NCBI GenBank assembly: GCA_000092065.1
Contig: CP000587.1
DNA: 64,000 bases
Direction: 5' to 3' (one strand)
Source: Ostreococcus lucimarinus
Taxonomy: Eukaryota
Made by a program: the position numbers and the translations under genes. Below, piece after piece: positions 39,187 through 50,236 of the stretch. The notes beneath the pieces were generated by a model that saw only the letters and a list, made by a program, of their open reading frames with translations, was not told the DNA's origin and searched no databases. Numbering within the stretch: position 1 is the stretch's first letter; the number at the start of each line of letters is the position of its first letter.

Positions 39187-40128
39187 ATGCCGACCGTCGA
39201 CGCGCTCGCGCTGATGCGCGAGCGCAACGCGCGCATGCACAGCGCGGCCTCCGTCGCGCGCGGCACGACCGGATTCGCGCCGCGCGCGTCCGACGTGTTC
39301 ATCGCGACGTATCCGAAGACGGGGACGACGTGGATGATGCAGATTTGCCACCAGGTTCGCTGCGAGGCGGCGCGCGCGCGAGGCGAAGACGCGAACGGCG
39401 AAGCGTTCGACGAGATCACCGAGGTCGTGCCGTGGGACGTCGTCGCGCTGGATTGCGGGCAAGACCTGGACGCGGCGCAGACGACGACGCCGAGGCTGTT
39501 CAAGAGTCACGAGCGCGCGACGACGATGGCGCGAGGCGCGCGAAGCGTCGTCGTGACGCGCGAACCGGCGGATGTGTTTCATTCGTTTTATGAATTCTTG
39601 CCGGCGTACATGGGGATCGAACGCGGCGCGATCACGAGAGAGGAGTTCGCGGAGGCGATATTCGCGGGCGCGAGTCACAGTGGGGGGTTCGCGGAGCATT
39701 ATTTGTCGTGGTACGACGCGGCGACGGCGTCGCGCGACGACGTGTTGATGGTGGCGTTCGAGGACATGAAGGAGGATTTGGGCGCGGTCGTGGACGACGT
39801 GGCGGCGTTTTTGCGTTGTGAATTGGACGAGCGCGGGCGCGACGTGGTCTTAGAGCGCGCGAGTTTCGCGTACATGCGAAAAAACCACACGAAATTCGAC
39901 GACCATTTCGTCCGCGCGAGGTTGGCGGAGCAAATCGGCTTACCGAAGGCGTCGACGTTCAGCGTCGGCAAAGTGCGCGAGGGCGGTGGCGCCGTGGGCG
40001 CCGGCGCGCGCGAGCTTCCACAAACGGTGCGCGACGCGATTCAAGCGCACTGGGACGCTCGCATGGCGCCGAGAGGGTTCAAGACGTACGACGCGTTTCG
40101 CGCCGCGCTGCGCGATTTGCGCCGCTGA
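39187..40128 (+). CDS. Cytosolic-type (PAPS-dependent) sulfotransferase
   Basis: The 5'-PSB loop is IATYPKTGTTWMMQI. Also present are RLFKSHE and the 3'-PB motif VVVTREPADVFHSFYEF. The ATG at 39187 (MPTVDALALM..) was verified. The first 163 codons of the track ORF are low-complexity Ala/Arg and overlap the SOD-like gene. Confidence 0.8.
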   Translation: MPTVDALALMRERNARMHSAASVARGTTGFAPRASDVFIATYPKTGTTWMMQICHQVRCEAARARGEDANGEAFDEITEVVPWDVVALDCGQDLDAAQTTTPRLFKSHERATTMARGARSVVVTREPADVFHSFYEFLPAYMGIERGAITREEFAEAIFAGASHSGGFAEHYLSWYDAATASRDDVLMVAFEDMKEDLGAVVDDVAAFLRCELDERGRDVVLERASFAYMRKNHTKFDDHFVRARLAEQIGLPKASTFSVGKVREGGGAVGAGARELPQTVRDAIQAHWDARMAPRGFKTYDAFRAALRDLRR

Positions 40129-40308
40129 GTCGTTGCGGGCACCTCGCGCGCGTTGTATTTATATAGTCATCCCTTAGCGCCACGTCACGAGCGCGCGCGC
40201 GCTCGCACGAAAACGAACGCGACCTGCGCGCGCGCGTCTCCGGTCGTCGTCTGCGCGCGTCGTCGTCCTTCGAAGCGCGTCGTCCCGCCGACGCCACTCG
40301 CCGGCGCG

Positions 40309-41475
40309 ATGAACGCCCACGCGAGCAAGCGACCGCCGGCGTCGGCGGCGACAACGAAAACGAAACGAAGAAAGCACGCGATGCGCGCGTCGAGCGCGGC
40401 GCGCGCGTCGGCGTCAGACGCGTCCGGCGCGACGCGCCGAGCGTGGGAAATCTCCAAGAAGGGCAATTTGCAAAACTTGAAACTCAACGAACGCGCGGCG
40501 CGAGAAGCGCTCGGGCCGAACGAGTGCAGAATCGCCGTCCGAGCGATCGGTTTAAATTTCGCGGACGTGTTTACGGTGCTCGGGCTGTACAGCGCGGCGC
40601 CGGAAGGGACCTTCGTGCCCGGTCTCGAGTGTTGCGGCGAGGTGGTGGAGACGGCGAGCGGGTCAAACTACGTCGTCGGCGATCGGGTGATGTGCGTAGT
40701 GCGGTTCGGCGCGTTTGCGGACGAGATTAATTGTCCGGTGACGCAAATGCGAAAACTACCGAATGGATGGAGCTTCGAGGAAGGATCTGCGTTTCTCGTG
40801 CAAGGTTTGACGTCGTACTACGGCCTGAAGGCGCTCGGCGACGTTCGCAAAAACGCGTCGGTGCTCGTTCATTCCGCCGCGGGCGGTTGTGGATTACAGA
40901 GTTTAGGGATATGCGAACGGGTCGGAGCGAAGGCGATCGCGGTTATTGGAAACCCGTCAAAAGTTGACACGCTCAAGGAACGATTTCCATCGCTCAAGGC
41001 GATAATTGTCCGCGATCGTAAACGGTTCGCCAAGCAAGTTCGTGACGCGTGCGAAGCTATCGGCGCGAGTGAGGGCGTCGACATCGTTTTCGATGCGACG
41101 CTTGGTGATTTCTTCCAAGGTGGTTGGGAGAATTTGGCGCGAGGTGGTCGATACGTGGTGTATGGCGCCGCGGATCTCACACCGCGGGGAGATTCAATTG
41201 GATTGTTGGGCTGGATTAAGCTCGCGTGGAAGTTCGTGCGACGACAGAAAGTCGACCCTCTCATGCTTCCCGGTGAGAACAAGGGCATTTTGGGGTTCAA
41301 TTTGATTTGGCAGTTTGATAGGCAGGAAGAACTCGCGCGATTGTTGGCCGAGCTCCTCGCGCTCGATTTGCCCGCTCCAAAGGTAGGCGCAACGTTCGAG
41401 TTCAGCCAGTTGCCTGAGGCCTTGCGTTTGTTTCAAACCGGACAAACGACTGGCAAGGTCGTGGTGAAAATCTAG
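40309..41475 (+). CDS. Medium-chain dehydrogenase/reductase, quinone oxidoreductase (zeta-crystallin-like), with presequence
   Basis: It has an MDR fold with the NAD(P) motif VLVHSAAGGCGLQSLGI and a C-terminus typical of QOR (GKVVVKI). The N-terminal MNAHASKRPPASAATTKTKRRKHAMRASSAAR is presequence-like. The ATG at 40309 was verified. Confidence 0.75.
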   Translation: MNAHASKRPPASAATTKTKRRKHAMRASSAARASASDASGATRRAWEISKKGNLQNLKLNERAAREALGPNECRIAVRAIGLNFADVFTVLGLYSAAPEGTFVPGLECCGEVVETASGSNYVVGDRVMCVVRFGAFADEINCPVTQMRKLPNGWSFEEGSAFLVQGLTSYYGLKALGDVRKNASVLVHSAAGGCGLQSLGICERVGAKAIAVIGNPSKVDTLKERFPSLKAIIVRDRKRFAKQVRDACEAIGASEGVDIVFDATLGDFFQGGWENLARGGRYVVYGAADLTPRGDSIGLLGWIKLAWKFVRRQKVDPLMLPGENKGILGFNLIWQFDRQEELARLLAELLALDLPAPKVGATFEFSQLPEALRLFQTGQTTGKVVVKI

Positions 41476-41590
41476 GCGATCGTTCTAGAGTTAGTACGTA
41501 GTTGGATTGTCGCAAAGCTCGCAGGTAACAAATTCCGAGCCTCGTTCGAGCCTCGTTTTCTCGTAGTCGCCACTTTCTCGCCGCTCTTTC

Positions 41591-41779
41591 ATGATGCGTT
41601 TCACCACTACGATGCTTGCATTCTTCCTCGTTCTCTTCGTTTCAGCGAGGTTTCGACCGTGCGCGGCGACTCGCGTCTCGACGCGGGTCTACGAAAAAGA
41701 CGACGGAGCAACGATTGATGTGACTCGCGAACATCGTTTAAACGGCTACTTTGTGAGCGCGGTATATACGAAACCTTGA
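41591..41779 (+). CDS. Small ORF (62 aa) with predicted signal peptide in an AT-richer intergenic island; doubtful
   Basis: MMRFTTTMLAFFLVLFVSARFRPCAATRVSTRVYEKDDGATIDVTREHRLNGYFVSAVYTKP. It has a hydrophobic N-terminus, sits in a 330-bp spacer between convergent genes, and has no homology recognised. Confidence 0.2.
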   Translation: MMRFTTTMLAFFLVLFVSARFRPCAATRVSTRVYEKDDGATIDVTREHRLNGYFVSAVYTKP

Positions 41780-41808
41780 GGGGTTGTGTATAAATGATTC
41801 TTTTTTGA

Positions 41809-44255
41809 TTATACGCTGCTCGCTATTCTATCCGTGAGCTCTTCTATGCGCTCATCGATGAGCGCGATGATCTTGTCTCCGCTTCCGTACATGCCCGTTC
41901 TCATCAAGTCCCCACGTTCTGACACCAGACGGCGCACCTCCTTCTCTGCCGCACGCTTTTCGTTCAATGTCGCGTCACTTGTCGCGTATTTGGGCACAAA
42001 CGGCGCCTTATTCTCCGATTCGCTGAATTCATGCTCGAAATCGCGCACCTCTCTGTCGAGCTTTGGCGACAGAGGAGGCCGAATGACTTGTCGCGCTTGC
42101 GGCGCCGTGCGTGCGAAATTTGCTTTCGCAGACGTAAAAGGTACATCCGAAACGGCTGCAACGTCCGCCCTAAACGTGTTCATGAAAGCGTCCGCGTCTG
42201 CGTTCTCACCTGCGAGCATTTCATTCATGAACTCGTTCGCGCTCGGCGCCACGTGCGATCGACTCGAGACGTTCAAACCCGCGCGCTCGATCGCGCGACG
42301 CAAATGCGCTCGCTCGCGCTCCAACGCGACGACTTGACGAGCCATTTTCGTCAACTGATTCTTATACCGCTCCTTCGACTCGGATTCTTCCGCCGCTTGC
42401 GCCTCCGCCGCCTCGCAACGGGGTACTAAGCGAGAAATTTCAGCTTGCAACGCCGCTTCGTTCGTCTCCAATTGCGCCTTTTTGTGCGCGGCGAACGATG
42501 ACTCGAGTTCTATCAACTGCGCATCCGCGTGTTCCAGTCGCCTGTGCAAAGAATCTCTCTCACGGATCGCCTCTCGCGCCTTTTGCTTCTCCATCTCCAC
42601 GCGGTGCTCGCTCGTCTCCTGGTTGCGACGAATGGAATCCTTCGCCTCCTCGCGAGCGCGCGACGTTTCGCGCTCGAGTTTGTGCTTCCTGTGATCAAAG
42701 TTTTCTTCCAACTCCACGAGCTTTCGCTCGCGCGATTCGAGCGCCACTGCGGCTTCCTGCAACTTTTTCTCCATGATTCGCAGACGATTCGCTCCTTCCT
42801 CCGCCTCTCGAGCGCGTTGCGTCTCGTGGCGCCTCCACTCGTCTTCCAATATTTTCATGCGAACGGACTCCTTCATCCGGAGATCTTCGTAGAACTTGGT
42901 CATTTGATGTTGCTTCCACACCTCGAGATCGTAAGCCACCTTGTACTCCGCGCCCGCTCGCGGATCGGCGGGCGCGTTCGTCGGCGGCGCCGCGTGACGC
43001 GTCTGCGCTTTCGGCGCCGGTGGTGGCGGCTTTTGCGCGCTCGGCACGGGCGGCGGCGACATCAGCATCGCCGTTGACGGTTCCTTCGGTTTCGGAGGGG
43101 GCGTCTTCAACGCCGAGGGCTCGCTAACGACGCCGTCGAGCGCGCCGCGATCTTCGAGGCGCACGTACAATCGCACTCGGCCGACGACGACGCCGTCCTC
43201 GTCCGTCACCTCCGCGCGGTATCGCACCTCCGGTCGACGCAGCAGCTCGTCGATCGCGATTTCCGCGCTCGCCACTCGACTCGTCGCCGCTACCGACCAC
43301 ACATCGACGAGCAACAAAGGCTTACGCGCGAGCGTCTCGGCGAGCGTCGCCGGCGCGCACGCGAAATCGACCGAATCCTTCCCGCTCGGAAACACGACGA
43401 CGTCTCCCGGTCGCGACGCCGGTCGCGCGCTCGGCGCGGTGCGCACCAAGCACTCCGACCGAGCGCGATCGATACCGAGCGCATCGGCCAACGCATCGTC
43501 CGCGCAAGCGCTCGCCGCGACGGCGGCGTCAAAGTCAAACGCCTCGCCGCGCGCCGCGCGTTCAAACGATTCCAACCGCACGGTCAACGCGAACGCGCGC
43601 TTCGCCCCGCCGACTTCCCGACGCCCTCCCGCGCCTCGCCTCGCCGCGAACGACGGCAGCGCACCCTCACCGTCGTCCACCACCGCGTCTTCGCTCGCGT
43701 CCTCGTCCTCGTCCTCGTCCTCCGCCACCGCCTCCGCCTCGCGCGCGTTCGCCTTCGCCTTCGCCTTCGCGTCCTCGCGCGCCGCGTCCTCGCGCCCTCG
43801 TCCATCCCCCTCCCACGCCCCGATCTCGCGCTCTCGCACGCGCACCAAAATCTCCCCCCGCGCCCCGTCCTCGCGTCCTCGCAGCTCGATCCACGTCCAT
43901 CCCTCGCTCTTTCCGTCGTCGTCGTCGCCGCGTCCTCGCGCGCGTCGTCCCGCGTCGCGTCGTCCCACCGCGCAAAACCCGAACCGCTCGTTCCCCTCCC
44001 CCGACGCCGCGCGCACGTCCACGCGCGCGTCGTCCGTCCCTCGATCGAGCACCGCCGCGCGCTTCGCGCTTCGTCGCCACGTCGCGCGCGCGTCGTCGAA
44101 CGTCCACGTCGTCGAGGTCGTCGTCGCGCGTCGCGCGCTCGAGCGCACCGTTCGGCGTTCGCCGTCGCGCGTCAGCGCGACCTCGATCGCGCGCGCGCGC
44201 GCGACGAACGCGCCGCGGACTTCGCGGACGTCGATCGCGAGCTCGCGGCCGCGCA
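41809..44255 (-). CDS. Large C2-like-domain plus coiled-coil protein (possibly centriolar/ciliary, CEP120- or CC2D-like)
   Basis: The C-terminal 400 aa are Glu/Arg/Lys-rich heptad coiled coil (..RKLVELEENFDHRKHKLERETSRAREEAKDSIRRNQETSEHRVEMEKQKAREAIRERDSL..). The middle has a C2-like beta domain (..PGDVVVFPSGKDSVDFACAPATL..VGRVRLYVRLEDRG..). The track ORF start (44733) is a GTG. The first convincing ATG is MRGRELAIDV near 44255, given within 3 nt. Confidence 0.45.
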
Positions 44256-44581
44256 TCGTCGTCGGCGCGCGCCGCGCGGCGACGAGTGGCGACGATTCGG
44301 GTCGTTGACCGATGGCGCCGTGTGAAAACACCCGGGTGTGTGGGCGACGCGCGGCGTCGCGCGGTCGCGCGATCCCGGGCGCGAGCGCGCGCCGTCGACG
44401 ACGCGTTTCCGAATCGAGGTTTCGTGCGTCGCGCTCGCGGATTCGCGCGATCGCGACGGCGCGCGCGCGCGACGCACGACGATGCCGTTGATGGTTCGCA
44501 CACCCGGGTGTTTCGCATTCGAATCGCATTCGACCGCGCGACGCCGACGCCGGCGTCGCGAGTGCGACGCGCGCGACGACG

Positions 44582-45622
44582 ATGCGCGCGACGACGGCGA
44601 CGACGACGGCGACGCGCGCGCGCCGCGCGGTGCGCGCGGACGCGACGCGACGCGAGCGCGCGACGACGATTCGAGCGACGACGATGCGCGCGCGATCTTG
44701 CCGCGCGACGACGTCGAGGACGCGCGGTCGCACCGCGCGCGCGCGGGCGGCGACGACGAACGGGGACGCGCAAAACGTGGCGTTCGACGCGGCGGCGATC
44801 GGACGATGGGCGGCGCGCGCGCGGGAGGCGCCGTGGGACGCGCGGGGCGCGGGGTGGCGGGAATTCTTCGCGGCGAAGCCGATCGGCGCGGTGGTGGAGG
44901 TGGATAACGCGCGGGAGACGATATCGGCGAAGGAGGTGGAGAGTCACGGGTTGAATTGGCCGACGTGTCGCGCGGAGGCGGTGGAGCGAGCGCGGGTGAA
45001 CACGGTGCGGTTTAGGCAAAATTACGCGCAGATTGCGTGCGCGGCGACGCTGTTGGGATCGGAGTGCGCGGCGTTCGCGATGGCGTTGGTGTCGTTTTAC
45101 GCGTACTTGGCGCTGAGGAGCGATAGGATTCTCGGTGAGTTATCGTTGGCGACGAAGGATGCGCTGAAATGGAACGACGCGGTCGTGGCGGGGGTGAGTC
45201 GGTCAAAGTTGAAGTCGACGACGCTCGGCGTCGCCGTCGTGTTGTTTTTGCTCTCCGACGCCACGGCGAACACGTACGCCATCATGCGATCGGTGGCCTG
45301 GACGGCGGCGATCGCGCTCTTGCACGCAATTTTGCGACCGATCGATCTCAAAGGCACGCTGGCGGACATCGTGAAAGATTTTCGCGCGGCGAAGAGCAAG
45401 GAGGATTTACGAGGCGCCGCGCGCTCTGGCTTGAAATCGATGAAGGCGTGGATTTCCGAAAAGGCGAAACCGGTGGAGGCGACGCCGATCTTTGTCGTGG
45501 AGAAGGGCGAGAAGAAGCGGTCGGACGGTGCCGACGCGACGCCCGCGCGCAGGAGCGAGGACGCGAACGGCGCGATCGACGTCGACGCGCGCGAAGCGGA
45601 GGATACAAAGTATCTGCCGTGA
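44582..45622 (+). CDS. PRA1 (prenylated Rab acceptor / Yip3) family membrane protein
   Basis: APWDARGAGWREFF...SAKEVESHGLNWPTCRAEAVERARVNTVRFRQNYAQIACAATLLGS matches the PRA1 N-terminal signature (RPW.EF...S..EA..R...N..YF..NY). Two hydrophobic hairpins follow. The ATG at 44582 was verified. The real start may be the later Met at about 44681. Confidence 0.6.
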   Translation: MRATTATTTATRARRAVRADATRRERATTIRATTMRARSCRATTSRTRGRTARARAATTNGDAQNVAFDAAAIGRWAARAREAPWDARGAGWREFFAAKPIGAVVEVDNARETISAKEVESHGLNWPTCRAEAVERARVNTVRFRQNYAQIACAATLLGSECAAFAMALVSFYAYLALRSDRILGELSLATKDALKWNDAVVAGVSRSKLKSTTLGVAVVLFLLSDATANTYAIMRSVAWTAAIALLHAILRPIDLKGTLADIVKDFRAAKSKEDLRGAARSGLKSMKAWISEKAKPVEATPIFVVEKGEKKRSDGADATPARRSEDANGAIDVDAREAEDTKYLP

Positions 45623-45683
45623 CGCGCGCGACGCGAATGTAAGACATCGAATAAATTCACAACTGCTAATAACTCAAGCCTCT

Positions 45684-46331
45684 TCACAGCTCGTCCTTCG
45701 CCGCGATCTCCTGCGCGGTCGGAAAGAACACGCCGGTACCTTCGGTCGTCCACAACGCGTTCGGACCGGCGCTCTTCTGCGCCATCACTTCTTGATGTCC
45801 CGCGATCGGGCGTCCGTACTTCAACCCGTGCGACTGCAAGTACGCCCCGGTGTCGACGTGCTTAAACCGCACCTTTTTCCCCATCTCCCACGTCCCACTC
45901 CCACTCGGCACCTCGACGATCCAATTATCGCCCGTATCGCTCGACTCGTCCCCTCCGAAGCACGACACTTCGTTGTTCCCGCTCAACGGCGACCGGTGCT
46001 CGTGCGAGTGCAACCACGCGCGCGTCCCCGCGTGTCGAAACCGCACCGTCATCCCGTGCGTCACCGGCGCTCCTCGCGCGCAATCTTCCCCGACTGCGCC
46101 GTGGATGAGCCAATACGCCTCCTCTCCGGCGTTTTTGATCGCCGTCACGCTCTGTTGGCCGCTCCCGGAGGCGTACGCGACCGGTTGCGACGCCAAGATG
46201 TGCTTCGTGTTGGCGTGTTTGATCTTGAGCGCGGAGCCGCAGGTGACGGCGCCGTCGACGTCGGCGCGCGCGCTGGACGGCGCGGTGAACGCCAGAGCGG
46301 CGGTGAACGCGAGCGCGAGCTTGGAGGGCAT
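45684..46331 (-). CDS. SDF2: SDF2-like MIR-domain ER protein with signal peptide and C-terminal KDEL retrieval signal
   Basis: It has three MIR repeats (..VTCGSALKIKHANTKHILAS.., ..GMTVRFRHAGTRAWLHSHEH.., ..GKKVRFKHVDTGAYLQSHG..). The signal peptide is MPSKLALAFTAALAFTAPSSARA and the protein ends in ...AKDEL. The ATG at 46331 was verified. Confidence 0.8.
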   Translation of the reverse strand: MPSKLALAFTAALAFTAPSSARADVDGAVTCGSALKIKHANTKHILASQPVAYASGSGQQSVTAIKNAGEEAYWLIHGAVGEDCARGAPVTHGMTVRFRHAGTRAWLHSHEHRSPLSGNNEVSCFGGDESSDTGDNWIVEVPSGSGTWEMGKKVRFKHVDTGAYLQSHGLKYGRPIAGHQEVMAQKSAGPNALWTTEGTGVFFPTAQEIAAKDEL

Positions 46332-46522
46332 GTCGGCAGCGAACGAGGCGCGCGATGCACTGCGGCGATCCGCGCGCGGCGTCGGCGCGCGCGCGGCGGA
46401 ACGAAACAACACGAAACGACACCGACGCCGACGCGCGCGGCGACGAACGAAACGAACGACGACGGATTTAAACTAATGATCGAAGATCTACGTGATTACA
46501 CGATCGCGAGCGGCGCGCGCGA

Positions 46523-47086
46523 TCACTTGAACAATCGCTCCGGGTGCGCCATCGCGCGTTCGATGCTCGCCTCCAACGCCTCGGGCGTGTCTATCCAATC
46601 CCTCGACTGCTTCAACAGATCAACCTCGCGCGCTTGCCGTCTGAGCGACATCGCGTGCGCGCGCTGATATCTCCGTCCCGCTATCACGCGCATCTTCCTA
46701 TCCTTCTCGCGCTTCAGTTCCTCCAGCGTCCTCGCGCTCGCGCCCGCCCTCGCCGCGCGCGCTCGCGCCTTCTCCGCCAATCGCTCCGCCTTCGCTTCCG
46801 CCACCTCCGCGCGCGCGACTTCCTCCGCTTTCGCCTTCTCCGCGCTCTTCTCGTCGAACTCGCGTCTCCACGCTTTGCGCATCTCGTTCACCTCCGCCTT
46901 CCACCGTTTCCTCGCCGCGAGCCAGTCGTCGTCCCGCCCCCCGTCGTCCTCGCGCGCCGTCGTCGACGCGAGCCTCCGCGTCGCCTCGCGCGCGCCGCCG
47001 CTCCGCGACGTCGTCGCCGGCGTCGCGATCGCCGCGATCGCGCGCTCGACGCGCGCCGTCAGCGCGCGCGCGCGTCCTCGAAACAT
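46523..47086 (-). CDS. Mitochondrial presequence plus Lys/Glu/Ala-rich coiled-coil protein, possibly a mitoribosomal mS26-like protein
   Basis: MFRGRARALTARVERAIAAIATPA is presequence-like. ..DDWLAARKRWKAEVNEMRKAWRREFDEKSAEKAKAEEVARAEVAEAKAERLAEKAR... loosely resembles mS26. The ATG was verified. The family assignment is tentative. Confidence 0.3.
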   Translation of the reverse strand: MFRGRARALTARVERAIAAIATPATTSRSGGAREATRRLASTTAREDDGGRDDDWLAARKRWKAEVNEMRKAWRREFDEKSAEKAKAEEVARAEVAEAKAERLAEKARARAARAGASARTLEELKREKDRKMRVIAGRRYQRAHAMSLRRQAREVDLLKQSRDWIDTPEALEASIERAMAHPERLFK

Positions 47087-47507
47087 CGCGGTCGCGAATC
47101 GTTCGACGAGATCGTTCCCACCGCGCGTCGCGCTCGACCGCGCGCGCTTCGGGCGCGCTTCGAGCGCGGCGACGACGCGCGCGCGTTCGCTCGCGCGCGC
47201 GCTCGACCGCGCGCGTCGTGTGCGCGTGCGTGCGCGCGCGTGTGCCGACGGCGCCGCGCGTTAACCTGAGCGTCACACGCACACGCGCGACGCGCGCGAT
47301 GTCGAGCGCGAAGCGCGGTCGACGCGAGGTGCGTCGCGCGCGCGACGACGCGCGACGCGACGCGCGCGCGAGCGCGCGGATGCGAGCGAGCGAGCGCGCG
47401 AGCGCGCGGATGCGAGTCGGATTGCATCGGATCTTTACGCGAGCGATGCCGAACGCGCGCGGCGCGTCGCTCGCGAACGATGCGACGAGACGACGCGGGC
47501 GACGCGG

Positions 47508-50096
47508 ATGAGACGACTGACGACGCGAGCGAACGCTGGACGCGCGCAGGACGGCACGCACGGCGGCGATGGACCGACGGCGGAGGATTTGGACGAACTG
47601 CGCGACGTGATCATTCACTGCGACGGGTCGATGGACGTGCTCGGGGGACTGTCGAGCGACATCGCGAGGGACGTGCCGGTGTTGGGAGATCGCGCGACGG
47701 CGTTCGTGATGGAGTGCGTGACGGAACTGCCGGTGAAGACGCCGGTGTACGCGGCGCTGGCGGGACTGATCAACGCGGAGGCGAGAGAGTTCGGCGCGCA
47801 AGTGGTTGAAGCGACGCGAGAGGCGCTGATGGAGTGCTTGAATGGGGATGATCTGACGCAGCGAGTGCGAGCGCGAGTGTTGACGCGGTTTTTGGTGATG
47901 CTGAGCACGGTCGGAGTCGTGCAACGAAGGGAGGTGATGGAATATTTGGCGTCGCTGTTGTCCTCGGCGCAAGCGTCGGCGAAGAAAGGCGCGGCTGGGT
48001 GGCAGCCTCGCGCCGATTGGCTCGCCTACGTCGCGCTTTCCGCGCTTCCGTGGGGGGGTGAGTTCTTTTCAAAATCCGAGAGCTCAAACGACTTTGAGGC
48101 GCTTTTGGACATGGCGGAGGCGTATTGCAAAATCAGAACGCCGAACTCGGACGCGGCGTCGATCATCATCAAGTCCGCGGACGGCATCGAAGTCGATTGG
48201 TTCGTGGACATGTGCAATCGTCTCAGTGCGGCGCGCACGGACGGGCGCTGGCACATCGCGTCCATTCCCGCCATCGCGGAGCCGTTTGTGGAGAAGCTGG
48301 CGAGCACGGCGAACGCGCACTCCTTGAACGGGATTGAAATCCCGGAAAAGACATTCACCAACCACGCTGAGGCGGCGGCAAAGTATCCGGGTCGATCCAT
48401 GTTGAGGTATGTTCATTCGCACGCGCGACGCGCATCTCTCGTTCGATGGCGATGAAGATTACATGTATATCTCGTTAATCCCCTGACCTCGTGCTGATAT
48501 GAAAACCAAATACTTTCCGAGCCAAGCGTTTTTCGCGAGGTCGAAAGATTTGAATGGCTCGATCGATTCGCGATGACTGACTGACGCTTTTCACGACTTT
48601 TCCCGCGCAGAATTTTGGAACCGAGCTTCACAGAGGGAACCGGCAACGCCGACGCGTGGGGCCCGCTCGAACGCTTCGTTGCGGAAGAGTACATCATCGA
48701 CACGATTTGGGCGTTTGAGCCGGGTTATCGCCGTTCGGCAACAATTCCGGTGACTGAACAGCTGGCATCGCTTCCGCTTCCCGCGGACCAGCCCGAGCAG
48801 TGTCAGTTCATGGTCGCCGAGACCCTCTTCGCCGAGCTCTTGTCGTTGCCGAAGCCATCCTTCACTCCGGTGTTGTATCACATCATCATTCAAGATTTGT
48901 GTAAAATCATCCCGACGTTCCCGCCCAAGATGGCGAAGACAGTCGGGGCGATGTTCAGGGCGATCGACCGCATGGATGTCGGCGCTCGCGATCGTCTCGC
49001 GAGCTGGCTCGCTCACCAAATCTCGTGCTTTGATTTGGTGTGGCCTTGGTCGAGCTGGAAGCACGTCATGGAGCAGCCCGACGATGCCCCGCAACGCACG
49101 TTCTGCAAGGAGGTGTTGCGCAAGTTGTGCCAGCTCAGTTTCTTCGAGCGCGTGCAAAAGTCTCTCATCGAAGAGCTGCATCCGCTTCTTCCAGGGCAGG
49201 CTGGCATCAACGCCGAGTACGTCGACGCGGTGGCGCAGGAACCCGTCTTCGGCGCGTTGAAAGAAATGCTCGCTAGCAAGAAGGAAGGACACGAAGTTTT
49301 GGGTTGGATTCAGTCGCAAGCGGCCAGCGCGAGCCCGGACGTCTTGCTCCGAGCTCTCGCCGTCGCCACGCTCGAGCGCGGGCAAAAGTGCATTACCCAT
49401 CACGACGTTTTACTCAAGCGTTACGCACTTCCTATTCGTGACTTGGTGGAGAAGGCGGGTGGTGAGGTATTAGTCGATGCCGCGGCTGGGGTCTGGCGAG
49501 GCCACCCGCAGATGGGCCCGATCGCCATCGAACGATTATTAGCTCTTGATTTAGTAACGCCCGCCGCCGTGGTCAACTGGCTGCTGCAGCGAGCCGCCGC
49601 TTTCGGCGAGGACGACACGTACGAGATCGCCAACGTAGTGTGCGAGTTCGTGTGTGCGAGTAAAGAACAAGCGATCGGAAAGCGTGAAGCGCTGTTGCGC
49701 AAACTTCGCGAGGCGGAAGCTGAAGCCGCCGCCGCCGGACAAGCCGCGACGGAGCTCACCGAGCAAGGTCGCGTCTTCGAGGCGCAGCAAGCCCAAGCCG
49801 CCGAAGCGAGCGCCGTGGAGGAGATCTCCATCCACGAAGCCGCTTTGGCCTCCGCCGACGCGCCCGTCGATCGCTGCGCCGCCATCACTCGCGAGATTTG
49901 CCTCAACCTTTGCGGCGGTCTCGTCAAAGCCGCCTCCGGAGGCGCCTCCGCCGCCGTCGCCGACCGCATCCTCGCCTTCGTCCGCAAGTACCGCGCCGAG
50001 CTCGCTTTGGACGCCGATGCCGTCATCAAAGCCGCGGGCACGAAGAAAACCGCCAAGTCCGCCGTCGCCGCCGCTTTAGGTGTTCATTTGAAATAA
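47508..50096 (+). CDS. NCBP1: Nuclear cap-binding protein subunit 1 (CBP80/NCBP1); exon1 47508..48406, intron 48407..48610, exon2 48611..50096
   Basis: Track ORFs 47508..48455 and 48615..50096 have MIF4G-type helical repeats typical of CBP80. They join in phase 2 across ...TTG AG|GTATGT ... GACTGACTGAC(26 nt)CCGCGCAG|A ATT TTG GAA. The reading ...RSMLR-ILEPSFTEG... gives about 795 aa, the CBP80 length. The track ATG at 48615 is actually a TTG inside exon 2. The ATG at 47508 was verified. Confidence 0.8.
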
Positions 50097-50236
50097 ATAA
50101 TCGACATAGTGCCCGAACGAGACGCCGACGCAAGCCCTAGGGCATAAGCCCAGGGATAAGCCACAAACAAAATGAACGCCCCCACGATTGCGTCGCGCCG
50201 CACACACCGACGCCCGCGTCCACGGTCATCGTCACC

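Noticed and set aside
41809-44733. Base-exact coordinates for internal starts in the 41.8-44.7 kb gene
   Set aside because: My hand indexing of the printed sequence disagreed by one nucleotide with three independent track ORF translations around 44255..44283. This is most likely a transcription slip on my side. Starts there are given only to within 3 nt.
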